DNA of 64,000 nt from Pecten maximus (Eukaryota), in assembly GCF_902652985.1 (NCBI RefSeq), contig NC_047016.1, forward strand, positions 20,708,001 to 20,772,000. Direction: 5' to 3'. The translations under genes were made by a program, and so were the position numbers. Positions 51,601 to 64,000 of this stretch are shown here, piece by piece. The number at the start of each line of letters is the position of its first letter. Position 1 is the first letter of the stretch. The notes below the pieces were generated by a model. That model ran no database searches. It was given only the letters and a program-made list of their open reading frames with translations, and was not told the DNA's origin.

Positions 51601-53205
51601 AGCAGTCTGTCATCTCCAACTAACAACTTACTCTAAACAAATATAGTTTCTCATTACATTAAGTAGAAATATCCATGTTACCAGTATGATTGGTTTTGCT
51701 GTTAAAGCGCTAGTTCTCAACAGATCTTTCATCCATTCGTTAGCATTGCCTGTTGCTCACTCAATAGAACATAAAATATGAGTTAATTATGAGGAGTTAT
51801 CTTATTACTAGATCATCTCCACCTCTCCCAACAAGTTTTGTTAACTGAGAGAGACAGAAATGTTAAAACTCCTTAAAAAGGACAGAATATTGTATACAAG
51901 CATGGATATTTACATTTACGAGTCATAAAAATGCAGCGCGCATCATGGAGTTGACATAAATCTGGCTGCAACTGTGGAAGGATTTGCTTAAGCTTTCCTC
52001 AATAGAAAAATAAGTATGGGCGAAAGTCAATGAGAATAGGAGAAATCTGTATATATATTTTCATTGAATACCAATATCGTGTGCTAAATTCTAAATGTAA
52101 CTGGTTAAAACGGTGAAAGAAATTAGTTTCACAAGATCGCGGATAGACGGAATCGAGAACTACTGTAATACTCATATCACTCGGCCGGAATTGGCAGGAT
52201 AAAATGTAGAATTATATTAGCGCGTGAATATCCATGCCTACCAAATTGATATGTTACGTGCTATTAATGATGATCATAGAACTAATTAGATATAACTAAT
52301 CGAACTCTTGACGAACAACATAATCTAAAACGAGTTCTAATTGGTTTTCATTAGCACATGCTCAGCTAGCTGTTTAGCGGAACGTATTAGGAAATACATT
52401 TAGGTATGCGTACATCTAGCTTATCAATACAAAAATTCGCCCGGCAATATTTAATTAGACTGTACTGACGTGTGATTATTTAAATGAGATGTCATCCGTA
52501 AAACGACAAGCTGAATCATTATACCAGAACGGAGCCAGCTGTTCCAAAGATTAACTAATTCCGAAGACCTACCAGGATACTTTCCGTCCGCGCGGGACAT
52601 ATTTTAAATACATGTTTTTATTTTCAATATCAAATGAATGTAGGGATAGAACATTATTTCTGTCCTACATATGCCCAAGTACTATGATTATCTATAAAGA
52701 TGGTGCCATAGGGAGGATGCGACCATAGTTAGTGGTTAGGAACCGTTATAATGAAAACACCGAGGGTAATTTCCCCGTGGTACACTTCTATATTGTAATA
52801 TAATTACTGTGTACAATATAGACTATATAGAGATAGGTCATTCAGACCTACAGATACAAGTGCTATATAGCGATAAAACAGGTGATGTTGGGAGACTGTT
52901 ATAAAGGTTATATTAGGGAAGTATATAGAGATGTGTCATTCTATCATTTCTTTAGAGAGAATAAGGTACTATCACAGCTTTTAGGATAAATATATAGATA
53001 CAAGTGTTAAACAAAGAAAATGGCACGGGAGAAAAACATGCTGTTACTGGCAAGATAAAGATATATGTTTGGTTGTACTAAATTTTGAAGAATAACGTCG
53101 TAAGTTGGTTCATGGCTAATCGATAGACATAAGCTATGGTACAGCTAGCTCGGGGATGAAACTCTATACAAAGTACCATCAATATATCAAGTTTGAATAT
53201 TCAGT

Positions 53206-53588
53206 TGTAATAAGAAAAGTGATGAAAAATACCCTGTCCAGGCTGGGGCTCGAACCACCGACCTCTCGCTCTCAGAACAAACATCCTATCACTAGGAAAT
53301 CATCTAGTCTAAGCTAGTAAGGTGACCTTATATTTTTTTTATATTTCTCCCTCCTTCACAAAGTCTTCGTCGCCGAAGACAACAACACCCCGGGTTCTAT
53401 AGCTCCCAGGAAACCTCGCAATCTCCTATAGCTTTCACCTGGAGTGGTCAACGACACCAAATGTAAGAGGAATGGAAAACTGCACGGTCAGACAGGAGTT
53501 CGAACCCGGAATCTTCGAACACTAGCCAGATGATCTACCAATTGAGTTACCTGGACGTCGATGATCGACCCGGTCCTGTTCCGCTACA
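53206..53588 (-). mobile_element. TRIM-like non-autonomous LTR element with tRNA-like sequences in both LTR-like parts
   Basis: On the minus strand: TGTAGCGG...CTTACA (53588-53462) containing a tRNA-like fold, PBS-like TGGTGTCGTTGACC, short internal region, PPT GAAGGAGGGAGAAA (53357-53344), then a second tRNA-like segment with GGTTCGAGCCC ending TTACA. Confidence 0.6.
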
Positions 53589-56500
53589 CAATTACTGTTT
53601 ATTGACAATATGAAGTCTGCAGATATTACAGGAATCTTTAAATGCGTTAATAATACTATCAGCCTTAACTACTTCCTTCATATAATCTATAAATCTTATC
53701 GGAAAACATTTAAAACTCGCCCAGGACTTAGTTAACTGGAGGAACAGCTAGTAACATGTACATGCTTCCTGAGATGACAAAAAATTACGTACTTTTTGCT
53801 ATACCAGACTTTCAAATATAGATTGAGGAGAATGAACAGCACGAAAAATCTTTTATTTAGAATTAGATTGTTAACATTTAACCTGTCCCATCATAAGAGT
53901 GCATTGATAACACACTGATGAAGACTACGATTGTGATAATTGACATCGTGCCGTTATGACGTCACACTAACGAAGCATGTCTACTGTACATTGAATCATA
54001 CGGTCGCTATAGGAACGTGTTGACGTCCAGCAGGACTTTAAGAGAACAGTTTGGCGTGTAAATGAAACCGGTATTTTTATCTTTAACGAGGATTAATTTT
54101 AATCAAAGGGTTGGTTTACGGGGGTCATTGGAAATAGTACAAACTTAATAACGCAATATGTCCCCTAAAGAAAACCTCATTACTGTAAACATAACACCAG
54201 CGGGCATATATATGCTATTGTAAAGTTTCATAATTGGTGTCATTTAACTGATTCAATACTGCCTCACGTAAGATCTATTATGTTTTACTGTTTCGACGTT
54301 TGGACAAAACAAACTATCATGACAATGCTGGAAGTCGATCTACAGTGTAATGCGGAAGCAACAGGCAATAGTCATGATGTGTTATTTCAGCTGGTTGACA
54401 CTAATATCATTATTTCAGAAGATACTGAAACGAACAGCATTCTTTTTTGGTTTTATTTCGAATCTAAATCCACCTAAACCTACATGTTTTTATTCATACT
54501 CAACTCGGTTCATAGTAACATTTTCGAATATCACCCTGCTTACATAGTATATATAAATATATTATCTCAAAACCGTAATAAATGTTTGTATCATCCTAAA
54601 GCTAGTTTAACTAAGACATGAAGTTATTCATACTCTACAGTGACCATACCTATAAAATACTTCGAGCACGATCATTTATCCGCAATACTCAGTTTTCTGT
54701 ATAAATCGTATATTACCATTTGGATTACAAACTACAATTTTAAGTAACTAGATAGATCTGTGGTCTATTAGAGCATTCTTAACACCCAAATCGTGACAGC
54801 ATTCCATGCGTATTAATACATATTCTTTACGCGCAACACAGTCATTCAATTATAAAATGATTGAAATTTCGAGGCACAACACATTGACGTTTATAATATC
54901 CAAACACAAACTTCTCTGTGGTCATGTAATTATACCATATCATAGGAACATCCATTATCTATAGCTTTGTATACGATTTAGTGATAAGATAAACAGACAT
55001 CTCAAACGAAAGCAAAGTCTACGATATTGACGAGCCTCTATGTTCCTCCCCTGTTAGCAACTACTAAATGTTGTTATGACTATATGCAGTAGTTAGTAAG
55101 CTTACGCCAAGTGTATTTGTTAACTTAAAGTACAATTTCTAAAATCAACGCGGCCGTATGAAAGTTGCGGCTCGACGGTATATAGTGAATTTATACTTGC
55201 GCAAATTTGTTCCGTGCGACGTTTGCAAAAAAAGTATACTTCATAATTTATCATCACGTTGTTCTATACAACACGAGATAATAAATAGGAGATGGTTCTA
55301 ATGATAATAAATAATGACAAAAAAATGTTTATGATTTTTTTTATTTATTTCCATACACTATTTTGTTAACCAATCTGCACGCGACTACAGGCTGTTCAAG
55401 TTGTTGAATCATAATATTGAAGCTGCCCGTAAAGCTGGCTTTTTAAATAATAACTAATTTCATCTACATGTCGTTTAAAAAGGGATATTGAAAAGATAAA
55501 TATCTGCGCGCAATATGACATTTGTCTGGCATTCATATCGACCATACATACCATATCATGACAGTTTAATGCTTAAATACTTAAACAATCACAGTGATAG
55601 TAAATGTAACAAATGTGTATACATATTGTACACCAGGAAGATAAAAAGTGCGACGTCAGACACCTTTGTCGTCGCGGAGGAACAGTTGTAATTATATGAA
55701 CAGGTATTTCCCTGTTACGTTTGCGTCCTGCCATGTTTATTTGTAAAAAGTAATTTGGTATGAATTACGTTATGCCCTTTTGTTATTTCCAATGCTACGA
55801 CCCACAACAATTATCCTTCAGGGGAATAAAAGTGTTAATTCTGTTGCACATAGGCAGCCCTTATTAATTATTTTTACTACATACTGCAAGTCTATGTTTG
55901 CGATTTACCATTGTGTTCTTGAACAATGCTACCCATGAGGTAGGTCGTCACTTGCAGTACCAGCCGCTGTCTGTGGTTCTCTGTTTACTATGACGTTGGT
56001 TTTTATGTCTCGCCTTCTTTACTGCAGTACCACATACTTGGCTTTGTGTTAAAGTGTCAACACCGTTGATGTTTATGGAGCTTCCAGACATAATTGTCCT
56101 TCATTACATGGGATGCATAATCATCTATCATGATGACACCAGTGTTCATATCGTTATAATTGCATCTGCATTACAAATACCTTGCGAAACAAACTAATGT
56201 TGTTTGATCTGATAATTAGCAGTTAATTTATTAATCAGCATCGCCCCACAAAACTATGGCCCTGAGCAGACTGATATTGACCTGCATATTTCTATTCCGT
56301 CTCTATAAAACAATAAACTGTCCAACTCCCATGTTATTATTACCTATCATAATATAATGACATCACGAGACATCTCCTATCAATTGGTTGTGTAGCTTTG
56401 TTATTCAGAACAAACGAGGCTATAAATCAAACGACTTGTGAGAGGCCATCCAATACCGTAAAAGACAACATTGTAAACAATACCTACATAAACCTATCGT

Positions 56501-58189
56501 TCCAACTTCCATTCCAGAGAGAAGACTTGTTTTTCATTGACGTTAACGGGAAAACCATAAACTGACAATCAACAAGACGTTATTTGAAAACATATTGATA
56601 GATTACCAAAAACTATTCAAATGTACATGTAACAACGCGATAAGACACGATTTGTAAACTACTGGTGTAAAGCTTGGGCGAAACCTCAAGCATAATCGAA
56701 ATAGCAATAGGTGCCAAGAAAAGGACTTGTTTCGAGTCAAAATAAAAAAAGTGATTTGGCAATCCTGTGAAGAACTTATCTACCTTATTGTCGTCATCAA
56801 CGAAAAGTGATCAAAGGAAATGAATGCTCTTTGGTAAGGAGTAACATTGGTAGGGATGAAGAGGGAATGGAAAGCTGTGACAGAAAGAAGCAAGAATGCT
56901 GATTATTTCTATTTTTCAATGAATGCGCATATCAGAGCTTCAGAAATCGGAGCAATGGGATAGGGCTTCATCGGCATCTTACAAAGATTAAGACTTCAGT
57001 CAACACGTTAATTGGTATTAAAATCCTCTGATCACAGTAAAAATAAAACGAGATGATTTGATTAATTGATCTAGCGGGCTTAACAATAACACCCGCCAGT
57101 TCAATGGGAACAGTGCAGAAGGATCGTGACACAAGTTAGGCGACTGACAGACACAAACACTGAGTAGATAGAGAGGAGATTTCTACCCCTTCACGATTGT
57201 ATGTTGAGAGATAATTAGTTGTGATGTGTTCATTAACACAGTGCCCATGAAACAATATTAGGTAATGAACTGTTAGTTTATCACTCAGGGGTCAGTGTTA
57301 CCTTTCACGAGAAATTCTGTAAAATGATATAATAATGCATGGTATGTCTTTTTTTGAATTTTTTTTTTATTCTTTTCAAAATTTTGTTTACAGAACCTAT
57401 TTAGATCAATAAAGACACTCACATTTATACACCCACAGTTACACTTCCACCCTCCAAACTATATCGATTGGTTCTTATTTATTATAATATATCTAATAGT
57501 CATTATTTAGGTGAAATACTAATATAAAAAGCCAAAACATATACATAATATACAAAAATAAAAACAAAAAAACAAAAAAACAAACTTCAAAAACAGACAA
57601 GGACAAAATAGACCTAGGTCAGATATGACGGAATTTTTCGTTTTAGATTTGTAGCCACTGCTGTTTTTGTGTATCAATATGCATTATATACTATGTCGTT
57701 CTTTATTTCTAGTATGTAAATCACACGTTTTTCGAATGCAGATATCTGTAGGATGTACCCATGTCAACAGAAAGTTAAAGGAAATACAATATTTGTCGAT
57801 GAATATGATGTCGGCCTTAAGTGTTGTAATTATCTCCATCACTCGTAACCGTGTGATGTAAGTTTTTTCCACCTTTTTTCAGCATTAGATATAGGAACAG
57901 TAACTTATATATACTATATAATGTATCTAATATATAATATCGAATCCACTCCGATATGTTAATACCACAGATAAAACTTCCTATTTTTTGTATTTAGACA
58001 TTGGCGCTTTTTATGACAAAAGACCTAATGGACAGCCTGATGGTAATCAAGCTTTACCCGATGACGTGAAATCACAAGCGCCCAGTCCAATACCTACCAT
58101 CTTCTATTTAACGATGAGTCTACGAGATTGAAGATAATGTGTCAGTGACATGTCATCTATCGGCCGTCCACTCAATCATACCCTCATTC

Positions 58190-58640
58190 CATAGCCACGA
58201 TTTTGCAATTAATCTAATGTGGATGTAGACGAATTCGAAAACAATAACATTGAAAATGCAATACAAGTAATCTGTTCGGACTCGTTGTCATTACTTCAGG
58301 GTATTAAAAATTCGAGCTCAGAGAATATTGTCACAAAGAATGCTGTTTTTTCTATCAATAGTCTTTCGAAATATATAAGCATTTAATTGGGTCTCCTGTC
58401 TTGTCTCAATAAGTTGTGGGATAAAAAATTGAATTTGTACGGCAGCACTTATCCTACGACTGAAAAGCTGTAAACTTCCTTATTCCGATTTTATATCATT
58501 CAAAGCGAAATAAATAACATATGCACGACGATCTGGCAGCATCATTTATCTAATAATAAAACTAGTCAATGTTTCCAATTAAACCTTATGTAGGTACATG
58601 TGCAAACAATTAAGCAAGAGATCGAGAGAAAACTGACCTC
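58190..58640 (+). mobile_element. Degenerate RNase H domain of an I-group LINE
   Basis: Peptides ICSDSLSLLQGIKN (58270-), KLPYSDFIS and IKPYVG in the order seen in RNase H-bearing non-LTR retrotransposons; stops and frameshifts present. Confidence 0.7.
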
Positions 58641-59397
58641 ATATGTTTCATGATATGCGGAATGAATACCACACACGCTTAAGTAAAGAAATATTATCTG
58701 TTTCACTATATATATATGTGTGATCGACATTTTGTAGTGAATTATTATTTAATTGCAGATTCAAAACATATTTGAGGTGATCTGTATCATTTAAAAAAAA
58801 ATAGCTTTATGATGCGAATTTTACATGTACGTTATATATTTTTTGTATTTACGATTCAGTTTTTTGGATCTAGTATCAATTAGCATTATCTTCATTATTA
58901 TCACCATTTTCCAACAACTAAAAACGATGCATTTTATGCAAACATAAAATCAATTAAGGATGTTGCGATTTTATTAAAACACAAATCAATATAAATCTAA
59001 ATTCTTATTTACAATTTTAATGTACAGCAATATTGTCCCGTAAGTCGGCTGCTATTTACCTTCTCTGTGAGATCCTCACTAAGCTGGGTATACGTGCATT
59101 CGTCTGCTATCTCGGCTTTCCAGGAAATTAAAGAAGACAATCACAAAGGTGAGTATACGCCTGATTGTACTTAGTTTGACTACCAGGCGGTATATAAGCC
59201 AGGAGTGCAGATGCAATCTTTATTATTATTACTGCCTTACGTCTGCTCATTCCTTGTTGTAAACATTGATTATAACCCTGTGATGTATATTGAGTCTTGA
59301 CCGTTGACGAATAAACACGAGTCACCTTTGTATTTTTTGTTCTCAGCAGAAACAATGAATATAAAAAGGTTAATATGCTCACATGAAGTGTCTTTAT

Positions 59398-60440
59398 TTT
59401 CTGTGTTGACAATAATAAAGTATTTACAGTCTGTGTTGATGATATTGACGTTCTGTGTTGAGAGTATTTACATTTTGTGTTGAGAGTATTTACATTTTGT
59501 GTTGAGAGTATTTACATTCAGTGTTGGGAGTATTTGCACTCTGTTTTGAGACTACTTATATTCTGTGTTGAGAGTATTTCCTTTCTGTGTTTTTAATTTT
59601 TGCATTATGTGCTGAAAATATTTACATTCTGTGTTGAGAGCATTAAAACTCAATGTTGAAAATATCTTCATTCTGTGTTAAGAATATTTGCATTCTTGGT
59701 TGAGAGTATTCCAATACTGTGTTGAAAGAATTTACATTCTGTATTGAGAGTATTTAAATTATGTGTTGAGAGTATTTCCTTTCTGTGTTTTTAATTTTTG
59801 CATTATGTGCTGAAAATATTTACATTCTGTGTTGAGAGTATTAAAACTCAATGTTGATAATAAAGTCATTCTGTGTTAAGAATATTTGCATTCTTGGTTG
59901 AGAGTATTCCAATACTGTGTTGAAAGAATTTACATTCTGTATTGAGAGTATTTAAATTCTGTGTTGAGAGTATTTACGTTCTGTGTTGAGAGTATTTACA
60001 TTCGTGTTGAACGTATCTACATTCGGTGTTGAGAGTATTTGCATTCTGTGTTGAGAGTATTTGCATTCTGCTTTGAGAGTATTTGCATTCTGTGTTGAGA
60101 ATATTTACATTCTGTGTTGAGAACATTTACATTCTGTGTTAAGAGTATTTGCATTATTTTTTGAGAGTATTTACCTTTTGTGTTGAGAATATATGTATTG
60201 ACGTTCTGTGTGAGGAATATATATATTATGTGTTTAGAGTTTTTACATTCTGTGTTGAGAGTATTGATGTTCTGTGTTGAGAGAATTGACGTTCTGTGTG
60301 GGGTGTATTTAAATTCTGTGTTGAAAGTATTTACATTCTGTGTTGATAATATTGACGTTCTGTGTTGAGAGTATTTGATTTATGTGTAGAGAAAGTATTT
60401 GCATTCAGTGTTGAGAGTATTTGCATTTTGTGTTGAGAGT
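59398..60440. repeat. 22-bp minisatellite (ttctgtgttgagagtatttaca) with a 198-bp (9-unit) internal duplication
   Basis: Direct repeats; the block starting at about 59564 recurs at about 59762. Confidence 0.95.
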
Positions 60441-63400
60441 GGGTGTAAACTATAAACGTTACAGTAATGTGGTCAGTGTAGGAATACAGCTTTTTGTTGT
60501 TTCAATGCAAAAGCAAAGTATACACCTGGTTTCTTTCAAAATATCACTTTTCGAGGTTTAACCATTGTTTTCTGAAAGTAAGTAATGCAATTACTAGGTT
60601 TTCGTTTTCTATAGTTTTTAATGAGTGTTGTTTATGGTGAACTTAAGAAATATATGCTTTTATGCCAGAAATTTTGACTGTTTTGCGATTTGAACTTGTT
60701 ATCATCAGTGTATTGCTAAAAAGAAAATTTGACATTTTTAGGTATACATGTTCTGCCTTCGTAAGGGTATGCCTGTGTTAACATTTGTTTGCAAGTGAGC
60801 ATTCTATATAGCGTCAAAAGATGATGTCAGTACAACATTTTTTTTAAGTTGTCAATGACAGCTTTGATTTAATGATTGCATATTGTTCAAATAGGATTGA
60901 TTTTGGAAAAAAAGTCAACATATATTAGGGAAAAAAGATTATAGCTTTATCAGATTGTAAAAGATTCCAAGTTGTGCGATGAATCTAGGGAACCTGATCT
61001 TGGCCGATTTGTCTGTGTTTTTAACGAGGCCGATTATATTGAAGAGCCTATAAGAACTTGTAGCAAATGCATGTACCTTGCAAAGATTTTACTATTTCAA
61101 TTTTCGATATACTGCTAATGTATTTTTCTATCTAAATAACTAAACAATATTGACTAGATCCATCTTATTTGTAATAAATTTAATATATTCTTTATGAATA
61201 AATAAAAAGGTATACAGTGTTTAATGTAATATTTAATATTATACAATGTATATATTCTAGATGATGAGATGAACTTAATATCAATATCTGTATGTTGGGG
61301 GTTTTAAATGGGAGTTTAAACAAACAAAATTTTGAAGAAGTGCAAATAATAATATAAACATTATAAATAAAACAAAACATTACGCATTGCCATTAAATCT
61401 GTCCAAGTGGGAAACATGCATTGTTTGTATAGTTTTCAGGAAGTTATCTAAATGCATCGATAAAACACGTTACATTGGTTTTGTTTCCACTGTCATAATC
61501 GTAATTAACGGTTGCTTTCCGCCAATACATTATTATCGTATCGATAATTGCCTACCGATTGTCAACATTAAAATGCATATTTCTCGCGTAATATTCAGCG
61601 TAGAGAGAAGTTTCATGCGTATCTACAGTTATATCAATTAAACCAGACAATGTTTTTGAGGGGAAATATTGTAGATGATATGCATTTAAACTGTTGTTTT
61701 CAGTTTGTAGACATGAATACATACATTAATTGCTAGTGGATATCTGATATAAAGTTTAGTATGCCAGCCGACGCATTATTATCATTTTCCACGGTTACAT
61801 TGTAATGAACGTATACAATTTTTAACATTATGAAATAGCTATCATGTTACTGGTGTATAAGTATAGTGCTAACCATTCTTATAATGCTGAAAATAATGTC
61901 AAGTTATTTCACAAAACATTTCTTACGATGGAGAGAAGACAGAGAGTATTATGGCCTTTAAAGTGCTTCTAGCATTACTTACGATTTATAAAGATAAAAA
62001 AAATCATATATATATATAAGTACTCGTGTATTTGTAACGTGGAGGTATATGGCGAGCGGTGATGGCCGCTATAAATTTCAGGTTCGTCGGCACCATTGCG
62101 ACAGGTCGTAGGCCTTGACATTATTCCGACTTTGGATATTCCTCAATTTATTTTGATTTTCTGTTAGTTCAGTTGACAAACGCATTAGATGAGAAAGGAA
62201 ATCTAATTAGCAAAACAACAAAAATGATTCTCTGACATTTCACAGTTCGCCAATAAGATATTAAATTACGAGCAATGCAAGACAATGTCTTTTCCTGTAA
62301 TGATTATAAAGGTTGTGTGTACACCACGGCCTGAGTCATTATTGGTCTGTCAACAGGCAGCTTTCTGATAATTAATCTATTGTTAAAGCATGCATCATTT
62401 TCGTAATTCCCGATGTCTTTAATAACATCACATTAAAGCTAACCACACACTATACCACTATTGTACAAACTGCATCTTAACTACAATTCATCAAACCATC
62501 AAAATTGTCATAGTAAGATATAAACACCTTCAAATTCTCAAATATCAACACTTTTAGGATTACCATAACTATGAGAATATCAAACAGTTTTAAAAGAAAC
62601 GTTTAGTTATTAGTAGCCTTTGAAAATCGTCCATAATAGCTTATCCAATGCTTTCTAGTATTGACTCTGAACATTTCTTAATTTCATGCAAAATAAAACT
62701 CCATTTTAGGCGATTTTATTACATTGGCATATATTTTATTATTATCACCATCCTATCGATTCAATAGGATCCTCTGGTTTTACATGACCGAATCACGATC
62801 ATTTCGCTATAAGACCGCTGTATCTATGTTGTGGCGGAGATCCAAAAACAAAGACTACACAAGTCCAATAACTATAAAAACAGAGAGGAATTGTCATATT
62901 TGAATCTATTTTAATACAGCATAGGAACATTTTATCAATTGTCCTGAAAATTCCATTGCAAGACAGAACTAGACTACAACCTCATGTACCATCAAAGCTA
63001 ACGGAATTCTGAAGTTCATCAAAGAATGAAATAGGTGTCTACGTTTTGTTTTTTAATTAACTTATTGCAGACTACACGCTGAGGAATAATTTACATACAA
63101 ACAGAGTTACAATCAAAAGAGATAATCTACTGATTGGTGATTGCCTAATAGACATGTCTCTAGTTATAGCTATCTATTTATAGGTGTTCGAATGTCGTTT
63201 CTTCAAATTCTTAGCATTCTTGCCTCACTAGTTCAACGTGTCAAATGATATCGTCCATATCCATTACCTACCGAACTGCTGTGACGGTGTTGACTGATGT
63301 ATGTCGTGTAGAATAAAAGAGTTGGTGATGTTAGTATGTTATCCGTCCCCAGCTGTTTGATTTGCCATTGAGGTCCTATTTTATATGTCTGCTATTGATT

Positions 63401-63607
63401 CTACTTTGAGGGATGCGTCACCCTTAACGTCAGAGTCAGCAGTTTGTCCTTTTAGATGTGACTACTGGACACTAGGGTATATCCATATATAACAAAATGC
63501 TGCTGATGGCAATAGTTCTAGAAAAATGTTAGACACCTTTCTTCATCTTACTGATGACGATTTAGATCAAGGGTAATTCTTATCTTATCCTTTTTACTTT
63601 TACAAAC

Positions 63608-63610
<3 letters not shown>

Positions 63611-63647
<37 letters not shown>
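63611..63647. repeat. (TA)n microsatellite
   Basis: Visible dinucleotide run. Confidence 0.95.
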
Positions 63648-63652
<5 letters not shown>

Positions 63653-63723
63653 GTGGCCTTTACTTTAGAGATTGTGACTGTCATCTGATCAATGCTGATC
63701 TTTCTATCTATATTTATGGAGGT

Positions 63724-63775
63724 ATAACACAAAAAAAACGGAGTGTACTATAAATAAACAGCAGTTAATTATAAG
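63724..63775 (+). mobile_element. Short relic of the 34379-34633 hairpin element family
   Basis: ataacacaaaaaaaacggagtgtactataaataaac closely matches ataacagaaaaaactggagtgtactctaaataaac (about 34417-34451). Confidence 0.55.
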
Positions 63776-64000
63776 CAAATGAATGTTACATGTACATGTG
63801 GGTATAAAAAATTCCAATGCCACTTTGCTGTTCATGATATTCTTTATTCCGTTAATGAAACCCTACAATTACAAGAAATACTAATCATACACACATACAT
63901 ACTAAACTACAGACATGACAATCAAGGGACATAACTCCTACATGTAACATATTTGAAACGATAACAAAGAGGTGGCACAATTACTGTTATAGATACGTTA

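Noticed and set aside
53236-53556. Functional tRNA genes
   Set aside because: Stems are mismatched and the sequences are embedded in a repeat-like structure.
56630-56980. Possible DIRS-type recombinase relic (PIAPISEALICAFI, minus strand)
   Set aside because: Too short and degraded to support without a search.

Overview
AT-rich eukaryotic (animal) genomic DNA, most likely a bivalve mollusc (inferred from the repeat types and gene style, not proven). There are no prokaryotic operons, rRNA, intact tRNA genes or CRISPR arrays, and almost all ORFs in the supplied track are repeat or antisense artefacts. Main contents: (1) The 3' part of a spliced + strand gene (six exons, 1378-6254) encoding a Ly6/uPAR-like CCxxxxCN domain with an RRKR motif, a Thr/Pro mucin stalk and a second Cys-rich CCxxxxCN domain. 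(2) A recent ~13.5 kb-period tandem duplication (about 9750-20160 and 23225-33636) bounded by 31-bp satellite arrays. Each copy holds a spliced minus-strand gene invisible to the ORF track, predicted to encode a 70-aa single-pass membrane microprotein (signal peptide, acidic Ser-rich ectodomain, Gly-rich TM, CCIYYFCCK tail), with a possible extra (GSGSxV)7 exon. (3) Four insertion elements sharing an asymmetric hairpin architecture, possibly Crypton-type. (4) Degenerate Penelope-like, mariner, RNase H LINE and SINE remnants, and a TRIM-like element with tRNA-like sequences in its LTR-like parts. (5) Many minisatellites with 12, 18, 22, 31, 32, 35 and 59 bp units. All gene models were inferred by eye from splice sites and phase; no database searches were run.
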